Positions 26,906 through 33,408 of a DNA stretch of 33,408 bases are shown piece by piece (within the stretch, counting starts at the first letter, position 1; each line of letters begins with the position of its first letter). The stretch is from the NCBI GenBank assembly GCA_043818685.1, contig JBDRFQ010000213.1, positions 1-33,408 of the forward strand, read 5' to 3'. The notes under the pieces are model-generated. The model saw only the letters and a list, made by a program, of their open reading frames with translations. It was not told the DNA's origin and searched no databases. The translations under genes were made by a program, and so were the position numbers. The stretch is from Candidatus Eiseniibacteriota bacterium. Its GTDB lineage: Bacteria; Orphanbacterota; Orphanbacteria; Orphanbacterales; Orphanbacteraceae.

Positions 26906-28336
26906 CTAGCGGACGATGATGAACTTGCCGACCTTCTCTCCCCCCGCCGCCGATCTCACATGGAAGACGTAGACGCCGCTGACGACCAGATCCCCGTCCG
27001 CGTTCCTCATGTCCCAGTTCGAGTTGCCGCCGCCCGACGCCTCAAAATGCTCCCACTCGCGCACCAGGTCCCCGCCGACCGTGAAGACCTTCAGGATCGC
27101 CCGCTGCGGCAGATTGGTGAATTGGATCCTCTCCGACCCCTCTTCCCACGCGGCGTTCCGCTTGTAGGGATTGGGCACGACCGCGACTCTCGAGAGGTCC
27201 TCGGTCCCTTGCGTTCTCGGAAAGACCCGGTCGCTCCGGAGGGAGTCGGTGCTCTCGGAGTGGGTCAGCGTGTCGAAAGCCGTAACGTAGTACACGTACG
27301 GAAAGCCGTTGTGGACTCCTTCCCGGTCGAGATAGCGAATCGGGTCGGCGTGGAGAAAGTCCACGTCGCGGGGATCGCAGAACTCGAACTTGCGCAGAAG
27401 AACGAACCGTAGGGGATTGCTGATCTCGCTCCGATAAACCCGGTAGCCGTCGATCTTCCTCCAGAGAGCGGAGACGACGCCGAGCGTGTCCCCGCCCGTC
27501 GGAACGCTTCCGAGGATCTCCCCGCTCTCCGCCGTGTCCACGGTGATCGTGACCGAGAGACCGAAGCGGAAGGGGACCGTGAACCCGGGGCGGCAGACGG
27601 TGAGCTCCTGCTCGCCTGGGTCCGACGAGGAGACCCGCTCCGTCTCCTCGTCCCCGGTCAGGATGTAGTCCCATGCGAGCTGGATGTCCCGCGACCTCGC
27701 CGGAACCGCGCACTCGTCTTCCTGATTGATCTTCCCCGGCTGGAACCCCACCCAGACCCCCCTCGTGACCAGGATCGTGTCGATTCCCGCCTGGAAATCA
27801 GCGGGAACGAGCAGCGTGTCGACGTCGGGAATGTCTCGCCACTCGAGGGCGAGAGGAAGTCCGGAGACGTTGCCGCTCTCGGTGAGGGAGTCGGTGCCGA
27901 GCGCGATGATCTGTATGCTGTGATCCTCACAGATGTCCGGCTCCCCGCCGGCGTAGGGAATCGCGTTTCCGGTCCAGTAGTTGGGCCGCATCGGGTTGAC
28001 GTTTTGGTGGAGAACAGCGTCCACGAAGGGACCGGTGAACACGGCGGCCGAGTTGGTCGTCCGGAAACGGAGATCCATGTCGCAGTTGCCGATGTATTCG
28101 CCGAGCACCTCCAGAGTGGCGGTCCCCCCCCAGCTCGAATCGACGACCACGAGTCTCGAGATCACGGAATCCGCCGGGTGGTCCCACTCCAGAAGGACCT
28201 CGCCGTCCCCCGGGCGAACAACCACCGGAATCGGAGGAGTCTGGACAACCTGGGCGAACAGGAGGCCTCTCTCCACGAGCAGAAGGAGAGAGAAGGCGAG
28301 AAGAACCGATCGCGATGAAGACCGCCGGCCGCTCAT
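26906..28336 (-). CDS. Secreted protein with FN3-like segments and a T9SS C-terminal sorting domain, 476 aa
   Basis: ATG 28334-28336 gives the signal peptide MSGRRSSSRSVLLAFSLLLLVERGLLFAQ. An FN3-like signature is present (IDGYRVYRSE...VHNGFPYVYYVTAFD). The CTD is VVPNPYKRNAAWEEGSERIQFTNLPQRAILKVFTVGGDLV...DGDLVVSGVYVFHVRSAAGGEKVGKFIIVR. The track start at 28477 (GTG) adds 47 non-signal residues and is rejected. Confidence 0.85.
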   Translation of the reverse strand: MSGRRSSSRSVLLAFSLLLLVERGLLFAQVVQTPPIPVVVRPGDGEVLLEWDHPADSVISRLVVVDSSWGGTATLEVLGEYIGNCDMDLRFRTTNSAAVFTGPFVDAVLHQNVNPMRPNYWTGNAIPYAGGEPDICEDHSIQIIALGTDSLTESGNVSGLPLALEWRDIPDVDTLLVPADFQAGIDTILVTRGVWVGFQPGKINQEDECAVPARSRDIQLAWDYILTGDEETERVSSSDPGEQELTVCRPGFTVPFRFGLSVTITVDTAESGEILGSVPTGGDTLGVVSALWRKIDGYRVYRSEISNPLRFVLLRKFEFCDPRDVDFLHADPIRYLDREGVHNGFPYVYYVTAFDTLTHSESTDSLRSDRVFPRTQGTEDLSRVAVVPNPYKRNAAWEEGSERIQFTNLPQRAILKVFTVGGDLVREWEHFEASGGGNSNWDMRNADGDLVVSGVYVFHVRSAAGGEKVGKFIIVR

Positions 28337-28395
28337 CGGCACGCCCGTCCGCCGCGCCGGCCGCCGCACGGCAACATGACTCCAGATTGACACAT
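28333..28395 (-). CDS. Possible 20-codon upstream ORF (MCQSGVMLPCGGRRGGRACR) translationally coupled to the 476-aa gene
   Basis: AGGAGGG (28407-28413) lies 11 nt upstream of ATG 28393-28395. Its TGA overlaps the downstream ATG (ATGA at 28333-28336). The downstream gene has no good SD of its own. Confidence 0.3.
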   Translation of the reverse strand: MCQSGVMLPCGGRRGGRACR

Positions 28396-28430
28396 AGCGT
28401 TCCAATCCCTCCTGCAAACCGATCCAGGGT

Positions 28431-28439
28431 ATTGTACCA
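28431..28439 (-). promoter_or_regulatory. Extended -10 promoter candidate (TGGTACAAT) for the 476-aa T9SS-cargo gene
   Basis: TG-N-TACAAT is present on the minus strand with no convincing -35. It sits ~10 nt upstream of the AGGAGGG of the uORF. Confidence 0.35.
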
Positions 28440-28624
28440 CGAGCCCGGAACGCGCACCCGCTCCCTTCCGCGGGCACGTTTCGACGCCTGCGAGGCGATC
28501 CTCTCCGATCCGGCCTCGCCTCACGCGCTACGCATCCTCGCGTCGGGACCGCACGCGGTCTGTCCCGGCGGGCACGGCGGGCCGTCCGACTGGGTGCGTG
28601 GGGACGGACGGAAAACCACGGGCC

Positions 28625-30676
28625 CTACTCCCTCATCGTCTCCTTCATATACGTCGTCAAGAGGGTCTCGATCAGCCTCTTTGTTTCACCGGGCTTGAAG
28701 AAGTAATCCGGCATCCCCATGTAAACGACATTACCGCGCACTCCGTCCGAAGGAATGTAGATCGCGACCGCCCGCTTGTTCATCTCCGGTTCGACCGTCA
28801 GCGGCGTCGCCGTGCGACTGAACCCGTAGAGCGGGATCACGCCCATGTCGTCCCGGTACGTGATCCGCTCGCACTTCCAGAGGCCCTTCTTGATTCCCGG
28901 GGAGAGGAAGTTCGTGAAGTTCTTCGACCGGAGAGAGTCCACATGGAGATCGGGGAGCCCGCTGACGAGGGCCTTCGCCCCCCACATGTAGTCGGCGGTC
29001 TCGTCGAGCCACGTGGTTTCGACCGCGCAGTACTCATAGAGAGGATGCGGGAGGGAGTCCTGCAGGAGCGGGTGATACCAGATCAGGGCGCTCCCGCAGC
29101 TCTTCGGGCTGGAATACCGGAAGCATGGGTCCGCCTCGGGGACATACCCCGTGTCGATGAAGTCGTTGTCCGGGAGGAAGTTCCAGTCCGGGAAGAACCC
29201 GCAGATGAGGAGGTTGCCGCCGGCGTCGACGTACGACCAGATCGGGTTGGTCCGGTTGTCGTGCCACTGGGCGACGATCGGGTGCTGGCCGCTCTCTCCC
29301 TCCCAGTCGTCGGTCGGGAGAATGATCGTGGTTGAACGGCTCATCAGCCGGATCGGAGGGTCGTTGACGCGCTCGGTCCTCGCGTCGTAGAAGTCGTGAT
29401 TGAAGTTGATGAGCAGCGTGTCGGTCCAAAAGGACTCGTACTTCTCCGGCTTCGGGTAGAACTCTCCGCGGGCGCTCTCGATGTGGAAGTTGCTGAGCAC
29501 GAGAACCGAGGTCGTGTCGAGATTCCTCGGCCCGGCATAGACCTCAAACGGGAAAGAAGCGGAGACGACCTCCCCCGCCTCGTCCCTCACCCTGGCGTAG
29601 AACGTGTGCGGCCCCCGGAGCGGGACGAAATCCCCCTGGCGCGGGTACCGTGTGTCCAGCAGATCCCAGGCCGTCCAGAGGGGATTGTCGTAGGTGTGAC
29701 CGTAGCCTGTGGGAACGCCGTCGTAGCTCCCGAGGTTCGCCCGCCAGGAGAAGAAAACCCGCGTTCCCTCGAAGATCTGCCCGACGTGCGCGCTCCCCGT
29801 GGTGGCGGTCCCCATCACGTTCGAACGGATGACCACCACTCCGGTCGTCGTGTCCGCCGCCCCCCACTCGCGGTAGTTCACCCCCTCGACCGGGATCTGC
29901 TCGACGGCCCCCGCGTCGTCGATCGATCGGATGAAGAAGAGGTGGCGATTCGCCCCGTCCGCCCCGAACCCGGTTTCCAGGTTCCGGAGCACGACGGCCG
30001 TCGTGTCGGCCCCGACACGGATCCAGCCGAGCCGGTTCCAGATCCTGCGGGTCATCGAGCCGTCCACGTAGCCGTACCTCTCCCGAAGCACCCCCTTGGT
30101 CACGTGGAAGTACTCGTAGGCGGCGACCGCGTTGTCCGGAGCATCCGGATCCGCCCCCTCCCAGTGGATGCTGACCGCCCTTCCGCTCGACGAGTTCATC
30201 CCAGGCCCGCGCGTGATGCGGCTGAAAGGAGCAACGGTGGTGGAGTTGAACGTGAGGTAGGCCGGGCTCGGATCCTTGGCCCCCCGATTGTCCACGGCCC
30301 GCACGAAGAACGTGTGATAGCGGAAGAACCGCTCGACGATCGAGTCCTGCCCGGCCGCTGCCAGGAGCGTATCGAAGAGACAGCACGTGTCGCTCGAGAC
30401 AACGTACGTGGATTCCGTCAGAACCGTGTTGAACCACTCGGCGGTGTCGTCCCACGCGAACTCGTAGGATTCGACAGATCCGTCCACGTCCTCCCCGTAC
30501 CAATTCAGCTTCACGAGATAGACATTCTGGTCGAACGGCTCCGGGCCGCCGGAGATCGTGGTCACGGGGGGAACGTTCGTGTCGGGCGCCGTCGAGTCGA
30601 CGTCGTCGCACGCGCTTCCGGCAAGGAGCAACGCGAGAAGCGCGACCATCAGAACCGTGAATCGAACCGCTTTCAT
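28625..30676 (-). CDS. Exported (probable lipo)protein, 683 aa: three Ig-like modules and a ~300-aa C-terminal domain of unknown function
   Basis: The signal peptide MKAVRFTVLMVALLALLLAGSAC ends in Cys. The N-terminal module PPVTTISGGP..VYLVKLNWYGEDVDGSVESYEFAWDDT..YHTFFVRAVDNRGAKDPSPAYLTF is homologous to the N-terminal module of the upstream gene. The gene starts 22 nt after that gene ends, so the two are probably co-transcribed. Confidence 0.85.
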   Translation of the reverse strand: MKAVRFTVLMVALLALLLAGSACDDVDSTAPDTNVPPVTTISGGPEPFDQNVYLVKLNWYGEDVDGSVESYEFAWDDTAEWFNTVLTESTYVVSSDTCCLFDTLLAAAGQDSIVERFFRYHTFFVRAVDNRGAKDPSPAYLTFNSTTVAPFSRITRGPGMNSSSGRAVSIHWEGADPDAPDNAVAAYEYFHVTKGVLRERYGYVDGSMTRRIWNRLGWIRVGADTTAVVLRNLETGFGADGANRHLFFIRSIDDAGAVEQIPVEGVNYREWGAADTTTGVVVIRSNVMGTATTGSAHVGQIFEGTRVFFSWRANLGSYDGVPTGYGHTYDNPLWTAWDLLDTRYPRQGDFVPLRGPHTFYARVRDEAGEVVSASFPFEVYAGPRNLDTTSVLVLSNFHIESARGEFYPKPEKYESFWTDTLLINFNHDFYDARTERVNDPPIRLMSRSTTIILPTDDWEGESGQHPIVAQWHDNRTNPIWSYVDAGGNLLICGFFPDWNFLPDNDFIDTGYVPEADPCFRYSSPKSCGSALIWYHPLLQDSLPHPLYEYCAVETTWLDETADYMWGAKALVSGLPDLHVDSLRSKNFTNFLSPGIKKGLWKCERITYRDDMGVIPLYGFSRTATPLTVEPEMNKRAVAIYIPSDGVRGNVVYMGMPDYFFKPGETKRLIETLLTTYMKETMRE

Positions 30677-30698
30677 GGGAAGACCCCCGCAATCTGCG

Positions 30699-33020
30699 CT
30701 AGTAGTTCACGAAGAACTGCAGCGTTCTCTGTGGTCCGACCTTGCCGCGCCCGTTTCGATCGATCGGGAGGACCTCGAGGACAACCCGTCCCCTCTTCCC
30801 GTAGGTGGGCAGCCGGACTTCCATGACTCCCTCCGGGGTGCCGTAGAGACCGGAGAGGCTGCGATCATCCGCGAGGAACTCGTTGTCGGCCGTTCGGAAC
30901 TCGTACTCGTAAACCAGCTGGGCCGCGGGGCCGTCCCGATCGACCCCCTGAAACCGTACGGTGACGCTGTCCCGGGCGATCACGGTCTGGTTCACCTCGG
31001 GGAAGAGGAACCGAACGTCCGGGGGATAGTTGATCCGAAACGGGAATCTCGCCCCGCGGCTCTCCCGCCTGCCGTACGAATCGATCCCTCCCACCTCGAG
31101 CACGTAGCCGCTGATGGTCGAGACGAGCGGGCCCGCGACATCGGTGAGCAGGAGGATCTCCTCGAGGCTGTCGGGGGAGACCGCCACGCCGCTGACGCTC
31201 CACCACGACCCGACGACCCGGTCTCCCTGGACCGTGTCTCTGTCGGTGTGGCTCCAACTGAAACTGAGATAAGTCGAATCGGGGAGCAGCGTGTCCCTTG
31301 CGGTCAAGGGGATCGGGCCGGCGTCCGTGTAGGGCCCGGTCACCCAGATGCTGTCCAGGATCGTCTCCGGGTCGAAATTGACCGTGAAGCGGCGCTCGGC
31401 CGTCCCCTCGCCCGCGCTCCAGAGACCGGTCTCGTCCTTCGTTTCGACGGAGAAAACGTACTCGTCCTCGGGAGGAAGATCCCGATAGAAGACGGTGACG
31501 GAGTCAGGGGACACGACCACCGACTGATCGTTGATCCCCTGCAGCTGATAGCGATAGGCCACCACGTACCCCCCGGGGGAGACGCCCTCCCAGCAGAACT
31601 TCACCGAGGAGAACGCCAGCAGCGTCTCCCCCTCGGCCGGGCTCTGCGGGCAGAGGACGACGGACGAGCTCGGGATCACACCGAGCGTCTCCGGATCGGA
31701 GATGTCGAGAAAGGAGACCCCGCGATCGCCGTTGCAGACAAGGAGCGTGTCCTCGCCGCCCACCGCGATTCCCGTCACGATTCCCGAGTATCCGACATGA
31801 TCCTCGAGCACCGGATCGTCCGGGTCCGACACGTCGATCACCCATACCCCGTTGAAGCCGTTGGCGACGTAGAGATGCCGACCCTCCTTGAGGATCTGCT
31901 TCGCGTTCCCCTCGAGAGCGAGCCTCTTCCCCTCGACGACCGAACCGTCCGCGTTGATTCGGAGAACGAGAAGCCCCGCGCCCCCCTCGGCGATGTAGGC
32001 GCGCCCCTCCTCCGGGAAGACCGCGTTGAACGGATCGAAGGTCCGGAACGTGGCCGGGTCTCCCTCGGGAAGTGGCAGGAGAATAGGCTTTTCCCCGTTC
32101 GGGCGGAAGCGAAGCACGGTGAGACCACGCGTGCCCGCGACACCGTAGACGAGGTCTTCGTGGATCGACACGCCGACGAAGTAAAGGCTCGAACGAGGCC
32201 TGTAGCGGGCGAAGAAGACAGGGTCTTCCGGAACGCTCATGTCGAGGACCAGGATGCCGTTCGCTCCGTCCGCGACGAACAGGTAGGGATCCTGGAAGGC
32301 CAGCGCGGCCGCGGCGAACCCGAGGGTCGTGTAGGTCGCGGCGATCATCGGCGAGGCCGGAGAGGAAACATCCAAGACGGTGATCCCCTCGGGTCCGTCG
32401 GCGAGGTAGACGTAGTCGCCGTCCAGCACGATGTCGGAAGCGACCCCCCCGGTAAACGCCGAACCGATTCGCCTGACGTCGGCCGGGTTGCCGATGTCGA
32501 AGACATCAAGACCGTTCACGCCTCCCGCGACATACGCCAGAGATCCCCGCGCGACCACTCGGTTCACCGTGCCGGCGAGAAGGATGGACCGGGGCTGGGC
32601 CTCGGTCTGCGCGAAGAACTCGATCTCCGCGGGACTCGGGTCCTCCTTTCCCTGATTGTCGATCGCCCGAACGAAGAAACGATGATAGCGGCGCTGGACC
32701 TGCGATTGCTCGGTGGCCGTGTTGAACACGAAGACGGAGTCGGTTCGGGTGGTGAAGACCCACATCTCCTCGCGAGAGGTGTCGTCCACCGCGTACTCGA
32801 AGCCCTGGATCACGCCGTCCTCGTCGAAGCCCTTCCAAAAGAGATGGACCCGGTAGAAGGCCGCGGCGCTGTCCACCGGCGCCCCGGTGAGAGCGGTCTC
32901 CGGCTCCTTGTTCTTGTCGGGCTCCGGAATCTCGATCCCCTCGCACCCGAGATGGAGGAGATAAGCGGTCGCGAGAACGAGGGAAAGCACCGTCCAGGAG
33001 AAAACTCGCCTCTTCGTCAT
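30699..33020 (-). CDS. Exported (probable lipo)protein, 773 aa: Ig-like module, LVIVD-repeat beta-propeller and three further Ig-like modules
   Basis: The signal peptide is MTKRRVFSWTVLSLVLATAYLLHLGC. About seven LVIVD-type blades are present (GSLAYVAGGVNGLDVFDIGNPADV, GDYVYLADGPEGITVLDVSSPASP, DPYLFVADGANGILVLDMSVPEDP, GRHLYVANGFNGVWVIDVSDPDDP, EDTLLVCNGDRGVSFLDISDPETL, and others). The C-terminal modules carry a Y_Y_Y-like signature (VVAYRYQLQG..YVFSVETKDETGLWS). Confidence 0.88.
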   Translation of the reverse strand: MTKRRVFSWTVLSLVLATAYLLHLGCEGIEIPEPDKNKEPETALTGAPVDSAAAFYRVHLFWKGFDEDGVIQGFEYAVDDTSREEMWVFTTRTDSVFVFNTATEQSQVQRRYHRFFVRAIDNQGKEDPSPAEIEFFAQTEAQPRSILLAGTVNRVVARGSLAYVAGGVNGLDVFDIGNPADVRRIGSAFTGGVASDIVLDGDYVYLADGPEGITVLDVSSPASPMIAATYTTLGFAAAALAFQDPYLFVADGANGILVLDMSVPEDPVFFARYRPRSSLYFVGVSIHEDLVYGVAGTRGLTVLRFRPNGEKPILLPLPEGDPATFRTFDPFNAVFPEEGRAYIAEGGAGLLVLRINADGSVVEGKRLALEGNAKQILKEGRHLYVANGFNGVWVIDVSDPDDPVLEDHVGYSGIVTGIAVGGEDTLLVCNGDRGVSFLDISDPETLGVIPSSSVVLCPQSPAEGETLLAFSSVKFCWEGVSPGGYVVAYRYQLQGINDQSVVVSPDSVTVFYRDLPPEDEYVFSVETKDETGLWSAGEGTAERRFTVNFDPETILDSIWVTGPYTDAGPIPLTARDTLLPDSTYLSFSWSHTDRDTVQGDRVVGSWWSVSGVAVSPDSLEEILLLTDVAGPLVSTISGYVLEVGGIDSYGRRESRGARFPFRINYPPDVRFLFPEVNQTVIARDSVTVRFQGVDRDGPAAQLVYEYEFRTADNEFLADDRSLSGLYGTPEGVMEVRLPTYGKRGRVVLEVLPIDRNGRGKVGPQRTLQFFVNY

Positions 33021-33096
33021 GCCAGGGACTCCGATCGTGTAACCTCAAGGGAAAATCGAGGTTATACCGTACCCGCCGCCCGATCTACGTGCCGCG

Positions 33097-33126
33097 ACTA
33101 TACCAAACGGTTTCCGGGAGTGTCAA
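33097..33126 (-). promoter_or_regulatory. Strong sigma70 promoter with extended -10 (TTGACA-N18-TGgTATAGT) for the two-lipoprotein operon
   Basis: A perfect -35 TTGACA is at 33121-33126, the -10 TATAGT is at 33097-33102, and the TG motif is at 33104-33105 (minus strand). The leader is ~70 nt and contains the hairpin at 33040-33064. Confidence 0.6.
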
Positions 33127-33187
33127 CCCAAATGGCCGGCCGGCGTGCGGCTCGAACCTCAAGCGGGGCAATCGGATGCGGGGAGCT

Positions 33188-33229
33188 GAAAGAAGAGAAG
33201 ATCGCCGGGGCCCGAGAGCCCCGGCGATC
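33188..33229 (-). terminator. Intrinsic terminator of the upstream T9SS-cargo gene
   Basis: The minus strand reads GATCGCCGGGGC-TCTCGG-GCCCCGGCGATC, a 12-bp perfect stem. It is followed by TTCTCTTCTTTC and starts 33 nt after the stop codon. Confidence 0.65.
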
Positions 33230-33261
33230 CGTGATGAAGCGGAAGCTGTCCGGCGCACGAG

Positions 33262-33408
33262 CTACCGGAGCAGCACCATCTTCTTCGTGGCGGTGTCCTT
33301 CTCCGCGTCGAGGCGGTAGAAGTACACGCCGCTGGCCGCGTCGCGTCCGGCGTTGTCCTTGCCGTTCCACGTCGCGCTGTGCGCTCCCTCGTCCAGAACG
33401 CCGTCCAC
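33262..33408 (-). CDS. C-terminal 48 codons of another T9SS cargo protein. The gene starts beyond the right edge.
   Basis: Reverse-strand translation reads VDGVLDEGAHSATWNGKDNAGRDAASGVYFYRLDAEKDTATKKMVLLR-TAG. This is the same CTD signature (WxGxDxxGxxxxSGVYFYR...K(M)xLxR) as the giant protein. Confidence 0.8.
   Translation of the reverse strand: MDGVLDEGAHSATWNGKDNAGRDAASGVYFYRLDAEKDTATKKMVLLR

Noticed and set aside
33091-33106. A possible sigma54 promoter, TGGTAT-AGTCG-CGGC (GG-N10-GC spacing), upstream of the lipoprotein operon
   Set aside because: The same bases are better explained as the extended -10 (TG-g-TATAGT) of a promoter with a perfect TTGACA -35 at 18-nt spacing. The -12 element would be CGGC rather than TTGC.

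Overview
This is a 33.4 kb bacterial chromosome fragment, very GC-rich (roughly 70% by eye, with third codon positions mostly G/C). Almost all genes are on the minus strand. Repeated T9SS-type C-terminal sorting domains suggest an FCB-superphylum organism, probably an uncultivated high-GC lineage; this is inference only.

Left 19 kb, housekeeping:
- a partial HlyD-type efflux adaptor and a tRNA-Pro/Arg/His cluster
- a translationally coupled amidase-GerMN-murI-rph-rdgB operon
- smpB and tRNA-Leu
- the string rpsU-(small CxxC ORF)-rpmI-HEAT protein-LolA-like-folC-frameshifted GT39/TPR glycosyltransferase-DUF1460-like
- a sigma54-type enhancer-binding protein with a degenerate receiver domain
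- ppdK carrying a Lys/Ala-rich C-terminal tail

Right 14 kb (19.0-33.4 kb), an island of exported proteins with no assignable enzymatic function:
- an LVIVD beta-propeller lipoprotein
- a second lipoprotein sharing its Ig-like modules
- a T9SS-CTD protein
- a 2215-aa protein made of six tandem beta-helix units plus a T9SS CTD
- a TPR-like lipoprotein
- the tail of a further T9SS cargo gene at the window edge

This island is my best candidate for an undescribed cell-surface system.

Non-coding observations:
- a 45-nt element that starts exactly at the TAG stop codon of two unrelated genes
- a perfect 21-bp inverted repeat bracketing 202 bp at the 5' end of the amidase operon, which could be an inverton or a MITE
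- an AT-rich island next to a tmRNA-5'-like motif about 1 kb from smpB; I could not complete a tmRNA from it
- several clear sigma70-type promoters and one clean intrinsic terminator

I found no CRISPR array, transposase, integrase, rRNA or recognisable defence genes. Many long ORFs in the supplied track are GC-driven shadow ORFs and were rejected.
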